Shown: positions 27,993 through 41,962, counted from the stretch's first letter. The stretch is DNA of 64,000 nt from Eledone cirrhosa (GCA_964016885.1 OZ024742.1:352036001-352100000); one strand, 5' to 3'. Notes: a model not told the origin generated them from the sequence alone. Numbers and translations are program-made.

Positions 27993-28690
27993 TATTGACG
28001 TAATAGTCACTTATCTGTATGAAATACTATTGGCTTCTTGCTCACATTAATTTCTTTATTTTCATTTATATTTATACTCGGAATTTTTGCTAGAGTGCTT
28101 AAATTATTTCTGACTAATCCCGGGTTTTCTTTTTAAACCGCGATAATATTGCTTTATGCTGAACTCCATAACTTTTGTTGATTTTTTTTCGGAATGTTGT
28201 GACTGCTGTATCTTATAAACAGTCATTCGTCTCATTCTGATGTCACTAGCCCTGTTCTCCATGTGTGTTTATTATCTTAATTCCAAACGAAATGTAACTA
28301 GCCTGCTTTTAAATTCCCTTTCTGGCATATTTTAGCAGTGGATTTTGGTTATCATGTTTGAGCTCTTCTGATGAACGACTCCAACCGTCACTAACGTCAC
28401 TGAAAAGTTTCGTGAATAGTCTTTTTAAGACTATATTGAGCATTTGTAGATTTTTCCAAATTGAAGGATAAGTATTTTCTCTTAATTTTATTCCGAGTTA
28501 AGATTATATTGGTTGTTTCCCTGGATTACACAAAATCTGTGGATAAAGTCATTGTCTTGACTCTTTTTGAATTGGGATTGAATTATCTTCCCATATCTTA
28601 CGTTAAATATTTTCCATCTTGACGTAATAAATACTTATATGTATGAATTACTGTTGACTTCTTGCTCACATTAATTTCTCTAGTTACATT

Positions 28691-28694
<4 letters not shown>
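27993..28694 (+). mobile_element. ~626-bp unit with ~75-bp terminal direct repeat, in (TA)n
   Basis: TTGACGTAATA..ACTTAT.TGTATGAA.TACT.TTG.CTTCTTGCTCACATTAATTTCT at ~27994 and ~28619; weak CTGATGA..GAAA at ~28368-28405. Confidence 0.5.
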
Positions 28695-28721
<27 letters not shown>

Positions 28722-28724
28722 TAG

Positions 28725-28814
<90 letters not shown>

Positions 28815-28980
28815 GTGAGGTTTTTTTTACAAAACGAAAAATAACCGAGGTGTCCTACACGAGTGAAAGTATAAAGAAAAAAGATGAAATCGAAAATGCA
28901 ACTGTAGTCTTATTTTTTTTTAAATATATATATTTATTAAAAAATATGACTCCAGTTGCATTTTTGATTTCATGTTTCTC

Positions 28981-29069
<89 letters not shown>

Positions 29070-29070
<1 letters not shown>

Positions 29071-29620
29071 GAAGTGGTTACTCAACAGTTGTTCATCATA
29101 CCGAGAACAATTGTTTTACCTTAGCGGATCCTCAGCTTGGAATGGGCATGGTTATAGGAACAGGAAAGACAACCGTACGAACACGCATGCGCAGAAACCC
29201 GGTCACTTCACACAGGCAATACTAGAATGCGTGCGAGAGCTGTAAGGGAGATAACTGTGGAAGTCCGAAAAGCTTTTAGTTGAAAAATAAAATTACTAAG
29301 AATCAGTCCGGAGCTTTGTAGTTATGCAATAGGTGTTTGGACGTGTGGACAACCTGTGAATAATTCATATTTCATATTTAGGCACCCACTATTGACTAAT
29401 CTGTTTAGAATAGTTATTCGTTTGTCAATACATGAGCCACACGTTGGATTTACCCTTGCGTTTGGCTTGGACTTAGTGATGGCTTTCCATTGAATGGAGG
29501 ATCCGCTAAGGTGAAACAATTGTTCTCGGTATGATAAACTAACTGTTGTGTAACCACTTCTACCTAACTCGTCCCATGGACTGAGTGCTCTACCACTATG
29601 GATATTACCTCCATGTTCCA

Positions 29621-29622
<2 letters not shown>
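29070..29622 (-). mobile_element. Short Penelope-like remnant: GIY-YIG C-terminus, pseudo-LTR with HHR (29101-29140) and inverted pseudo-LTR copy (29497-29561)
   Basis: IQWKAITKSKPNARVNPTCGSCIDKRITIL..CLNMKYELFTGCPH; CCAAG-CTGAGGA-tCC(gctaa)GGt-(G/A)AAA-CAATTG-TT-CTCGG. Confidence 0.78.
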
Positions 29623-29699
<77 letters not shown>

Positions 29700-30149
29700 A
29701 ATCTCTCTATATATATATATATATCGAATGTGTTTGTGTGAGAGATAGATAGATAGAGAGAGAGAGAGTGCGAGAGAGAGGGACGATGAAAGATCGAGGT
29801 AGGGGTATGAGTGAAAATATGTATATATTATTATGTCCGTCTGAGTGTATATGTGTGTGTCTGTCTCTCTGTGATTGTATAACGTAGATATTTAAAATCC
29901 TCGCTATGCACAAATGTATAAACGATTATCGGTAAGAATATCCACCTTTTATTTTGACAAAAGGATTCCGTTACAATCAACATGATATTTCGAATGCAAT
30001 TCATCTCGTATATTTAACCATGACATTCCGATACGTACGGTGTAATGGTTCGCTTTTAATGCGTGAAACGAACAGAATATTGTCTAGTGTATATAGATTA
30101 AGACTCCCTGAGAAAATATTCTAATGGAATTAACGTTACACCGTATTCT

Positions 30150-30816
30150 ACAGTTTGTGTGTGTGTGTATGTGTGTGTGTGGGTATGCGAGTCTGTATGT
30201 ATGTGTTTGTGTGTGTATGCATGTGTGTATGTATGTGTTTGTGTGTGTATATGTATGTGTGTAGGTGTGTATGTGTGTATGTGTGTATATGCGTATGCAT
30301 GTGTGTATGTATGTGTTTGTGTGTGTATGCGTGTGTGTATATATGTGTATGTGTGTGTATGGGAGTGTGTGTGCATGTGTTTCTGTGTGTATGCGAGTGT
30401 GTAGGTATGTTTGTGTGTGTATGCGTGTGTGTATGTGTTTCTGTGTGTATGTTTATGTGTGTGTATGTGTTTGGGTGTGTCTGTTTATCTGTATGCATGT
30501 GTGTGTGTGTATGCGTGTGTGTATGTATATGTTTGTGTGTGTATGCTTGTGCATGTGTTTCTGTGTGTATGCGTGTGTGTATGTGTTTCTGTGGGTAAGT
30601 GTTTGTGCATGCTTGTGTTTCTGTGTGTATGCGTGTGTGTATGTGTTTCTGTGTGTATGTTTGTGTGTATATGTTTCTGTGTGTATGTTTGTGTGTATGT
30701 ATGTGTTTGTGTGTGTATGCTTGTGTGTATGTATGTGTGTGTGTGTGTATGCGTGTGTGTGTGTAGGTGTTTTGTGTGTATGTATGTGTCTGTGTGTGTA
30801 TGCGTGTATGTATGTA

Positions 30817-30847
<31 letters not shown>

Positions 30848-30908
30848 GTGTATGCATGTCTTTGTGTGTGTATGCGTGTGTGAATGTATGTGTTTGTGTG
30901 TATGTATT
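30150..30908. repeat. Degenerate TG-rich compound mini/microsatellite
   Basis: Recurring TGTGTATGCGTGTGTGTATGTGTTTC-like units. Confidence 0.9.
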
Positions 30909-31315
30909 TGATTGTCAATCAGTCTAACATATAAGTTTTGAAATATATACAACTATTTATTTTTCAGATGAATGGATGTTTAATCTTCTAATCCCTGATA
31001 GTGTAATATATATTCAATTCTATATGAAACAAACTGAGAAATACAGAATCTTTATATAAATATGATAAAATAAACGTTACGTAAGAGTCACAAGAACTGG
31101 GAACGAAAATATTAATGTGCTAGAGATCAAGGACAAAGAGAAGGTGGAGTAATCATAAATGTTGAACCTAGCAGCGTTTTATGTGTTTTTCAAAGAAGAG
31201 GAAAGTGTCAGTATATCCATCAGGAGGTGTGTATTATAAATAAAACTGTAACGCAGATAGGCAGATTTGAAAAAGAAATGATGTACACACATATATACAT
31301 ACATTTACACATACA

Positions 31316-31390
<75 letters not shown>

Positions 31391-31666
31391 CTATATATAT
31401 ATATATATATATACACATACACACACACACACACACACATATGTATATATATATATATATATATACATATATATATACACACATATTAAATTGAATGGCT
31501 AACGTGTTTGTTTTTCTTGATTACTTTTTCTAATTTACTTGGGCAATATGCTGTGACTAATTGATTTTCATTATTCTCATCATTGAGCAAAACTGTTAAT
31601 GTTTAGAATCTATCACATCTATGACTCTACTTGTAAATATATATCCTGCCTTCTGTTGTTAATTTA

Positions 31667-31715
<49 letters not shown>

Positions 31716-31722
31716 CACACTA

Positions 31723-31774
<52 letters not shown>

Positions 31775-32793
31775 AGGTGTACTACTGGTTGTGTCAAACG
31801 GTCCAATCCATTCATGGGAACAGCGGAAATCACACATACTGACACTTTAACCCAAATACCCAACCCTACACAGATCCCCTTGGTGGCCTACATAGCGGTT
31901 ACTTGTACGCACAGATTTGGGGACTCAGATTCTCAATGGGACAACGGGACATACTGAGTGCGATATGAGCTGAATACTTGCTCTTCACATGGATGTGTAT
32001 GTGCCAAAACATGCACTTTTTTGGACGATACGGATGTGTATATACCATAACATACACTATTCGAAGATATGGATGTTACAAGTCTATCTATACACGTATA
32101 GCAGAACAATGAACTGAACTTACTTGCGTGTGTATAGGGTTGCGGTTGACCCAATGTTTCCAATTTATATCGTCAAATTGGGATTTGACCAATATAACAT
32201 TTGTTGTTTTGTAAACTAACTTTCGGTGAATACTATGTTGGTATATTTATATTTTTTCTTTGACCTCACGTCGGTGTGTGAATGTCTGTGTACTCACTAA
32301 CACTAACTGTGACCGTCTTATAGTCCTACATATTTGATGCTATGTTGGTATATGTATATATTTCTTCTTTGACCTCGCGCTTATGTGTGTGAGTGTGTGT
32401 GTACCCACTCACATTAACTGTGACCGACTGTAATTCTACAGATTGGATTGATGTCCAGCGACTTTTACAGCTATTGGGAGACAAACACTTGATAGTTTTA
32501 TGACACTAACTGAGGACGATAGCAGCCGCCATGTTTTGACTGCTTGATCTTCAAATGAGGGACTAAACTCTGTGAGTGAACACCGTTAATTTTCTCCCTC
32601 ATATCAAGGATTTGAAGACAATTCATGTTCACCTGACGAGTTCAGTGATAATCGATCATGGCTACACGATCGATCTATCTCTTATTAGAACATGTGTCGT
32701 GATTAAAATGATTGGACATTTATACCTCGCCTTCGGATCTTTATTTTGATATACACAGACACACACACACACACATATATATATATATTTATA

Positions 32794-32830
<37 letters not shown>

Positions 32831-32842
32831 ATGTATATATAT

Positions 32843-33920
32843 TTCGTTTCTGAATTTGTATAGCAAGATTGTTTATCTGAAAACGTGTGTTCAAACTGAT
32901 ATTGTTATGCTTCTTGCATGTTGCCAATAAGTAACACACGCACCCGTTGCGTTAACTCCAATATTATAGATTAAATTTATAAATATAGAAATTTATAAAT
33001 TTCCGGTTGGTTGGCTGGTTCCATAAACGCACGGTTCTTCATATATTGTCAAAGTTCTTTCGTCACACATTATGTGACCTATTCAGTGACTGGGTTTTTT
33101 TCTTTCTGTTGTGCCTCTCCTTTGTTCTGTCCTACGCTATCTTGTTTGTGTGTGTGTTGTGTGCTTAGTTTGCCATGTGTTACATCCGGGTGTATGTGTG
33201 TGTTTTTATTTGTTTATTTACATGTTACTGGTTGGTTGTTTGTTCTATGTGCGTGTATGTTTTCATTTTGTCCTTAATTGTAAGTTGTGATGTTGCTATT
33301 CCATTCATGTTTTCTATTTAATTTTGATTGGAGTTCATTTATGTTTATTGCCTCTCTGATTTGTCTAAACATTGCGTGTTTTCTGTGTGTAGATTCTATT
33401 TTTATTTATATGTTCTCTAATTTGCCCTTGTGTTCTATTTTAGCATGTTGGTGGAGTATTGATGATTCTATTCTATCTTGAAGTGCTCGTCGGTGTTCAT
33501 TTAACCGTTCTACTATACTACGATATGTCTCTCCTATGTACGCTATATTCTTATCTTTACATTGTCCTTCAGTACATCTTATGCTATATACTACAATTTT
33601 AGTTTTACAGTTAATATGGGGGCTTAGTTTACAGATTATGCATTTCTTATCTATAGAGGGAGGTCTTTGAAAACGGTATGTATTGCTAATAAGTGTTTTT
33701 TTATGGAGGTACATGGTCATTCTAATATATTAGAGGTCACTGAATGTGTGACGAAAGAAATTTGACAATATATGAACAACCCTCCGGTTATGGAACCAAC
33801 CAACCAACCGGCAATTTATAAATTCTGAAATTTATGAATTTTATTTATTATAAATTGCAGTGAAAGCAACTGGTGCGTGTGTTCTTATTGGCAACATGAC
33901 CTCCCAAAGCATAACAATAT
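32843..33920 (-). mobile_element. Penelope/Poseidon-type remnant: GIY-YIG domain (~33290-33720), pseudo-LTR with HHR (33048-33090) and inverted pseudo-LTR (33735-33920)
   Basis: KCIICKLSPHINCKTKIVVYSIRCTEGQCKDKNIAYIGETYRSIVERLNEH..ILHQHAKIEH; GTCA-CTGAAtA-gGTCACAT..TGTGAC-GAAA-gaac-TT-TGAC. Confidence 0.85.
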
Positions 33921-33921
33921 G

Positions 33922-33955
<34 letters not shown>

Positions 33956-33957
33956 AA

Positions 33958-34528
33958 CTATAGAGTAAAGTATGTCCAGAGAATTATTTGATAATATATA
34001 TACATCATCTCTACTCCACAATCAGTAAAATTAACCACACAAAAAATCAATTAGACCAGGCTATAAGAATAAAAGGCATCTAAGAAGAAACAGTAAATAA
34101 ATACCCTATTATATACTTACCAGGATTAATCCTGGTATGTATGTAAGCATTTCTAACATTAATTTTTACCTGATTATGTATGGTTGACCGTATATTTAAT
34201 TCATTTCCACGTGCTATTGAAATGTTGGTTAAATATTCTATAGCGGTTGCACGCGAAAACGCAGCCATAGCGTCTTTATTACTGTTTCTTCATAGATGCC
34301 TTTTATTCTTATAGCCTGGTATTATTGATTTTTTGTGTGGTTAATTATGCTGATTGGGAGTAGAGATGATGTATATATATTATCAAATAATTTTCTGGAC
34401 ATATTTTACTCTATAGTATTTTCCTCTGATTATTTAATTTATTAATTCTCCATTGAGCCATATCGTGAAAAGAAGCCAAATCACATATATACCTGTGACT
34501 TTGTTTAATTAGTGTATGTGTAAATATT

Positions 34529-34530
<2 letters not shown>
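33958..34530. repeat. Fold-back element related to 23630-24270
   Basis: 33958-34098 is the reverse complement of ~34275-34417; the right tail resembles 23630-23730. Confidence 0.7.
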
Positions 34531-34589
<59 letters not shown>

Positions 34590-34595
<6 letters not shown>

Positions 34596-34745
34596 AAGAA
34601 TGAAGAGTAACATGGCTGGCTGTACAATAAGGGGCTATATTTCAACTACTGACAATTGTTTCGTTGATCAGGTGAGTCTAGAGATCGCTAATCGCTTTAA
34701 GTTGCGTCACTCGACATCCAATACATTATTTACCTCTGGTCAACA
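34590..34745 (-). mobile_element. Isolated pseudo-LTR fragment of the 60600-62135 Penelope family
   Basis: Reverse complement of 61982-62135 (TTGACCAGAGGTAAATAATGTATTGGA..CTCACCTGATCAA.GAAACAATTGTCAGTA). Confidence 0.75.
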
Positions 34746-34784
34746 CACACATACACACACACACACACACACTCGCGCGCACAC

Positions 34785-34912
<128 letters not shown>

Positions 34913-34959
34913 CAAAATAAGATGCTGAGGTTACATATATCGTTTAATCAATGTAATTT

Positions 34960-35135
34960 GAATTGGCAGTATCGGTAGAGGGTTGGACGCCATGTTTTCT
35001 AGCATTGTCACCTCCTTTTACACGCTGAGTTGAAATTCCGCCGAGGTTAACTTTGCCTTTCATCCTTACGGGGTCGATAAAATAAAGTACCAGTAATGTA
35101 TTTGCTGGCCTTCTGCCTAAAGTAGAAACAATTAT
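34960..35135 (+). mobile_element. SINE family S1
   Basis: TGGCAGTATCGG A-box, GAGTTGAAATTCC B-box-like, body TTTGCCTTTCATCCTTACGGGGTCGATAAAATAAAGTACCAG. Confidence 0.8.
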
Positions 35136-35252
35136 AATTATTTCCTTGGTTCTCCATGCAATCGAGATGTCCTTCATGCATTTGCGGTTGATGAAAATCG
35201 ATATGTTTGATATGTCGCTGGCTGGAAAACACACATCCTAATGCCTGTGTAC

Positions 35253-35285
<33 letters not shown>

Positions 35286-35287
<2 letters not shown>

Positions 35288-36002
35288 CGAAGGAAATCTG
35301 ATAAGTACTCAATACTTAGGGTAGTAGAGTGGGTAATAGGAACGAGTAGTACCCCGACGGCTGAGCTCAAGCCCTTTCAACGGCTAATTCTGGACTAAAT
35401 AAAAATTGTTATCCTGCTACATGAATAGCCGAGCTTCTCAGGGGGTAATTCCATATATGGTAAAAGTGATTGGAACAAGGATTGGTCAAAAGTTTGTTGT
35501 TTAGACACATAATTCTATCATGACATTTTGTGGAAGGATGGGGTAGCTGAACTTGCCAGTAGAAGAAAGAGGGAGAGAGAGTGGAGGAAAGCCAGTCGTG
35601 CGTTGAAAGTGCCAACTACAGCAGAATCCTAAGGATAAGAGGTCAAGAAAAGTATACTAGGGAAGGGGAGGGGGAGGAAGTTGAAACAATAAGTAAATAT
35701 CTATGGAGTAAATAAATTGAAACATATAAAAAATATTAAAAATATAAAGAAAAAACAATTTCTGGTTACTATTCCCCTACCGCAATCATCAAGTGTCTCA
35801 CTGGTACTGCTAAACTATAGAAACCTTTAATAGGTGGGACGGAATACTAAATACGAGATTGTAGTGAAATAATTTCATTAGTTAGTAGTAATCGGCCAAA
35901 TCTATCTTACAATGACAGGTCAATATGGACAAGGATAAAAATGTTCATTTAGTCCAGAATTAGCCGTCGAAACGGCTTCAGCTCAACCGTCGGGGTCCTA
36001 CT
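35286..36002 (-). mobile_element. Family B Penelope 3' end with full HHR (35351-35446) and inverted partial pseudo-LTR (35940-36002)
   Basis: Homologous to 27250-27810; core reads CTGAGAA in this copy. Confidence 0.8.
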
Positions 36003-36008
36003 CGTCCA

Positions 36009-36094
<86 letters not shown>

Positions 36095-36096
<2 letters not shown>

Positions 36097-36291
36097 CGAA
36101 GGAATTGTGGTAAGGAACCAGGTGGACCATAACGCACTAGAGTACTCAATGCTTAGAGTAGTAGAGTAGTCGATAATAAGAAAAGGTATGACCCCGACGG
36201 CAGAGCTCAAGCCGTTTTGACGGCTATTTTTGGACTCAGAATAGCCGTCGACACAGCTTGAGCTCTCCCGTCGGGGTCATACCTTTTCCTA
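36095..36291. mobile_element. Family B short fold-back element
   Basis: GACGGCTATTTTTGGACTCAGAATAGCCGTC at the hairpin centre. Confidence 0.85.
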
Positions 36292-36293
36292 TA

Positions 36294-36387
<94 letters not shown>

Positions 36388-36958
36388 GGGAGGGGGGTCT
36401 GTGTGGGTGTGTGTGTCTGTGTGTGTACATATATATATATATATATATGATGGTTGCAAACTCTGCTAAGAGTATTGCAATCGCTTGTTAGATGATAGAG
36501 TTTTGTCCAATTTTTTGGCAACGGCCGGACACACGAAACTAACATATACTGAACAAGCAGTGACTGTACTTTTAACGTTGTTTAAATGACGAAAGGCCTT
36601 GCACTCGACCAACCCCACTCTCTGAGTATGTAAAACACTACCTGAAAACGAGAACTGGTCAACCTCATCGGATACTTGAAGCCGCAGGTTTTTTTTCAGA
36701 GTTTCGCACTCCTAGGTAGGTATTGTGACAACCATTGGGAGCCTTTCACTCGCAAGTGAAAAAAACGAGTTACTCGTCCAAGTACAGGGAGTTGTATTTT
36801 ATACTACACGGTCTCCAATTATCACCACTCCCAAGCAAGCCTGTTGGGGTAGCCGGTTTACTCGCCGAGAACGCGACCATGAGGCAGGTTGTAATGGGTT
36901 ACATGTTAACAGTAGTAATCGAGAGTAACCTCTCTCTCACACACATATATACGTACAT

Positions 36959-37001
<43 letters not shown>

Positions 37002-37003
37002 AA

Positions 37004-37094
<91 letters not shown>

Positions 37095-37098
<4 letters not shown>

Positions 37099-38284
37099 GA
37101 CGAAAAATAAGAAAATTATAAAAATTAAATTACTTACTAAAATTTCACTACAACTAATTAGATTCTGAAAGGGAATAAACATGGTTTCCGAATGGAACGC
37201 ATGGAGAAGGCCTTTCGTCATCAGCAAGACTATTCTCAGCTAAATTCCCAGGCGATGCGTGGACACAGGGAACTTATACAAAAATAATTCAGTGGATGGA
37301 AAAATGCAAGCTTGGACTAAATTCCAAGTCATTGAAAAAATCACTGCCTACTTAGACGGTGGCAAATTCAAAAGAATCAATCACGTGACATCGAGGTTAA
37401 TCAGTGAGGAGTGGGGTGTTAAGAAGACAGTAGCCGAACTATTACTATGAACTATAGTAGCAGTTTTGGCAAATTTTTGCTCAACAAAATAATTTGGAGA
37501 TAATTACAAAGAATTAGTATATCTACCTACATATATATACAGATGCATACCTATGCTAGCAAATATATAGGTTTTGTCATAGTAACTTTGTGGTTCAATG
37601 CAAGGGGATGCAGAACAATTATATGAAAGACGTAAAATAATTGTTCTGCATCCCCTTGCATTGAACCACATAGTTACTAAGACAAAATCTATATATTTGC
37701 TAGCATAAGTATGCATCTGTATATATATGTTGGTAGATATACTAATTCTTTATAATTATCTCCAAATTAATTTGTTGAGCCAAAATTGGCCAAAACTGCT
37801 ACTATAGTTCATAGTAATAGGTTCGGCTACTGTCTTCTTAACACCCCACTCCTCACTGATTAACCTCGATGTCACGTGATTGATTCTTTTGAATTTGCCA
37901 CCGACCAAGTAGGCAGTGATTTTTTCAATGTCTTGGAATTTAGTCCTCGCTTGCTTTTTTCCATCCACGGAATTATTTTTGTATAAGTTCCCTGTGTCCA
38001 CACATCGCCTGGGAACTTAGCTGAGAATTGACTTCCTGATGACGAAAGGCCTTCTTCATGCGTTCCATTCGGAACCCATGTTTATTCCCTTTCATAAACT
38101 AATTAGTTGTAGTGAAATTTTAGTAAGTAAGTTAATTTTTATAATTTTCTAGTTTTACGTCTTTCATATAATTGTTTGTTCTGCATCCCGTTGCATTGAA
38201 TCACAAAGTTACTAAGACAAAACCTATATTTTGCTAGCATAGTTATGCATCTGTATATATATGTTGGTAGATATACTAATTATT

Positions 38285-38285
<1 letters not shown>
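37095..38285. mobile_element. Fold-back element, ~490-bp arms (37095-37585 and 37680-38170) plus partial tandem continuation; HHR-like motifs 37173-37235 (minus) and ~38024-38087 (plus)
   Basis: Mirror ORFs 37259-37450 and 37756-38001; CTGATGA-CGAA..TTCG-GAAA-ccatg-TT, with poor stem I. Confidence 0.75.
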
Positions 38286-38370
<85 letters not shown>

Positions 38371-38394
38371 GATATATATATATATATATATATT

Positions 38395-39417
38395 ATGGAA
38401 TCCCCAAGAAGATAGTGGACCTGATATCACTGCTCTACACCAACACCAACGCCCAAGTCATTACACCTGATGGGATGACAGAGTTCTTTGAGATACTGGT
38501 TGGAGTGCTCCAGGGAGATAGATTGGCTCCCTACCTTTTTATCATCGTAGTCGACTATTGTATGCGCCTTGCACTGGAGAAACACCAGGACTCTGGCTTT
38601 ACTGTGGCAACGGCTCAGAGCAGGAGAGTTAGGGCGAAAAAGGTATAAGATGCTGAATTTGCCGACGACATAGTTTGCGTGACAAATACAGTGAAGGATG
38701 CGGAGGATTTGATGCGGGAGGTTGAGACTGTGTCGATAAGTGTGGGGCTGAGAATGAATGAGACTAAAACAAAATATCTGGTAGAGAATGTTGAGAAGCC
38801 AGAGGGGATCACAAATGTAGGCGGGAAGCCGCTAGAATTGTTTGAGGGCTTCCTGTATTTGGGAGCAAAGATTGGGAATACGGAAGATGATGTGGTTGAG
38901 AGGAAGAGCAAGGCCTGGGCGGCGTGCCACAGCTTGAGATCGGTGTGGAAGTCGGACCTTCGTAGAGACCTGAAAATCCGCCTCTTCATTGCTGTAGTGG
39001 AGTCTGTGCTGCTGTACGGCTCTGAGACTTGGACACTGAACAAGAAACTCACTCAGATGGTGGATGGGTGCTACACGAGAATGCTGAGGATGGCTCTGAA
39101 CATTAATCAGTATACACTGAGGATGAGAAACTCAGAGCTGTATGGGAGCATCCCAAAAGTCAGCTCAAAAGTGACACAGGGGAGACTGAGGTTGGCTGGA
39201 CATGCTCACCGACATCCAGATTTGACATTGCACTCAGTGCTCCTTTGGGAGCTCCTACATAGACACACTAGAAGAGGAAGACCAAGGTTAACGTATGTTG
39301 ATGCCCTAAGGACAGACACTGGTCTATTGGAGACGCAGGACATGGCAGCGATAATGAGGGACAGAGTCCGCTGGAGAGAACTCGTCCATGGATCTCGGGA
39401 AATTTACCCGCCTTAGA

Positions 39418-39420
<3 letters not shown>
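38395..39420 (+). mobile_element. 5'-truncated non-LTR retrotransposon (RTE-type) RT C-terminal half, one in-frame stop
   Basis: [71 protein letters not shown]; ORFs 38415 and 38679 share a frame separated by TAA 38646-38648; embedded in (TA)n. Confidence 0.92.
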
Positions 39421-39492
<72 letters not shown>

Positions 39493-40123
39493 TATATATT
39501 AGAAAAGGGAAGTAATGTGCTACACAAACCAGTGGATATAGGGTAAAAGTGAAGTTGGAAATAGCACGGAAAATATATTTTAGAGTCCGTTTTTCTTTAT
39601 TTAACCTTTGTTTGATTCATGAAAGTGACATTATTGAAAAAATGAGACGGACAATACTTTTTAAAAAGTGTTTTATAATGTATATAAAGTACATGAATTA
39701 TATAAAGTATTACCAGTTTCGATGTATTATTAACATTCATATTATCCAATGTTGAGTATTACAATTAAAAATATTTAAAATTAAGTGTTGGAGTAAGTTT
39801 TTTTTCCCTCATCTTCTTTGCTCAGAAGGGAACTCACCCTTTCTTGGCAAAGAAGATGGAAGATAACATACTCCAACACTTAACTTTGAATTTTTTCTTT
39901 TTAGTTTTAATTAAAAATACATGTTATTAGCTCCTGCAGTTCATGTGAGAGCTCCAGCCAATTCTAGAGACAGGCCTTCAGGTCTAGCTGTCTGAACGAG
40001 CGGAGCTCAGCCATCATGGTCGGATTCTTTTCCTATTGAACACTCTCCCACCATAATTATCGAGTACTGAGGTACGTTATGGTCCACCTGGTCCCTTACC
40101 ACACTTCTTTCGTCATATATATA

Positions 40124-40314
40124 TAGGAAGATGTTATACCCCGACGGCAGAGCACAAGCCGTTTCGACGGCTATTTCTGGACAGAAATAGCCGTCGAAAC
40201 GGCATGAGCTCTGCCGTCGGGGTCTACCATTTTCCTATTACCCACTCTACTACCCTAAGTATTGAGTACCCTTGTGTGTTATGGTCCATCTGGTTCCTTA
40301 TCACATATCCTTCG

Positions 40315-40316
<2 letters not shown>
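40124..40316. mobile_element. Family B short fold-back element (tail on the right)
   Basis: GACGGCTATTTCTGGACAGAAATAGCCGTC centre; a diverged family B tail also lies at ~39990-40115. Confidence 0.85.
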
Positions 40317-40346
<30 letters not shown>

Positions 40347-40348
<2 letters not shown>

Positions 40349-40530
40349 CGAAGGAAATGTGGTAAGGAACCATGTGGACCATAACGCACCAACGTACTCA
40401 ATACTTAGGGTAGTAGACTGAGTAATAGGAACAAATAAGACCCCGACGGCTGAGCTCAAGCCGTTTCGACGGCTAATTCAGAATTAGCCGTCGAAACGGC
40501 TTGAGCTCAGCCGTCGGGGTCTTACTTGTT

Positions 40531-40533
<3 letters not shown>
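40347..40533. mobile_element. Family B short fold-back element (tail on the left)
   Basis: GACGGCTAATTCAGAATTAGCCGTC centre with near-perfect ~55-bp arms. Confidence 0.85.
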
Positions 40534-40581
<48 letters not shown>

Positions 40582-41772
40582 GTGTAGGATAAGGATAAGA
40601 TACTGCAATGGCTTGGGTTTGAAAGGCTTTCAACTCTTCAACGGGCCGTCAATGAATTTGAGAGATCTGCATGATGTGGACATGGATGTGTTTCCAAGAA
40701 ACATCGCGACACCCTGCGATCCAGGATCCCGGATGAGCCGACAGTACGGCACGAAGGTAAGCTAAGAGCAGAAGCAACGAACTCCGTCTTGCACCAATGG
40801 CCAGCCAACACACGCTGGGGATGTATGTACATATATATAGAGAAATATAGAGACACATACACACAGATACATATACTTCCAGGTCTGGAAGTTATTCTTC
40901 AAGATTTAATTCCGTGAAAGCACTATACATACTTTACGGCCCGACATTATCATTCGATTATTATGCAAGAAAGACAATTTCATCAGTTGATATTTGCGGA
41001 ATTATATAACAGTATTATGTTGAACTCCAGTAGAGAATAGAAAAACAAAATATGTAAAAAAATAGAAAATATAGGATTGATCCGATTTGGAGGCAGCCTG
41101 CCACTTCAATGGTATATCGATGCCGACTGTCCCCGAATTTGAACGATCAATTAAGGCGTGCATTGTGGGATGGCAGGCGTCGTGGAGGTGATGGGTGTGA
41201 TAAGTTGTGACAGGAATTCTGTCGTCTTAGAAAATATCATTCATTAATTATAATCAACGATTCGCTGACACAGAAATTATAGGGTAGAATCATTTATTGG
41301 ACGTTGGCCTAAAGAGCAGCCTATTGTGATGACACGTAATTAAAGGCTTCAATTACTAGAAAGAGAAAGAGTGCCATGTAAATTGGAAAAATTATAAAAC
41401 ATTAGACAACCTGGTGTCGGTAAAATATTAGAGAGAGAGATGTTAAAAAAGTGATGCGCGTAAAAAGAGAGGATAATGAGGAATGGCAGTCATGTTGCGT
41501 ATAATCTAGCTGAAAGAAACTAATGACAGCTGTACTTTGTAGGCAAAGAGGCCGAAAGTAATCTGTTTACTAAAGTCGTACGACTTCATAATTAGTGAGG
41601 TTAGTTGTTTCGCATCACTAAATATCATTCTTTCAAAATAATATAAAAAAATTGTTAACTTTGACATAGAGAGACTTTTTATATTTTATAAACATCTTTT
41701 TATATTTATTTTATTAATACATCTTTACACTTCTTAAACCAATTTTTAGTATTTAAACCCAATATAAAATAA

Positions 41773-41962
41773 GTGTTTCTACTTTAGGCACAAGGCCAGC
41801 AATAATCCAGTGCATTACTGGTACTTTATTTTATCTATCGACCCCGTAAGGATGAAAGGCAAAGTCAACCTCGGCGGAATTTGAACTCAGATCGTAAAGG
41901 GACGTAACTAAGCTGGAAAGCATGGCGTCCGACCCTCTACCGATACTGCCAATCCACCGCCC
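41773..41962 (-). mobile_element. Full SINE family S1 copy with probable target-site duplication
   Basis: Complete head to tail; flanks AACCCAATATAAAATAA (41756-41772) and AACCCACTATAAAATAA (41968-41984). Confidence 0.85.

Noticed and set aside
32626-32703. CAC-CTGACGA..GAAC-ATGT-GTC-GTG hammerhead-like motif (similar weak cases near 49160-49208 and 23283-23316)
   Set aside because: Core or stems too decayed and no clean second copy to confirm; not listed as features.
37259-38001. Duplicated 63-81 aa ORF as a small gene pair
   Set aside because: Mirror images produced by the inverted repeat; GTG starts and different ends.
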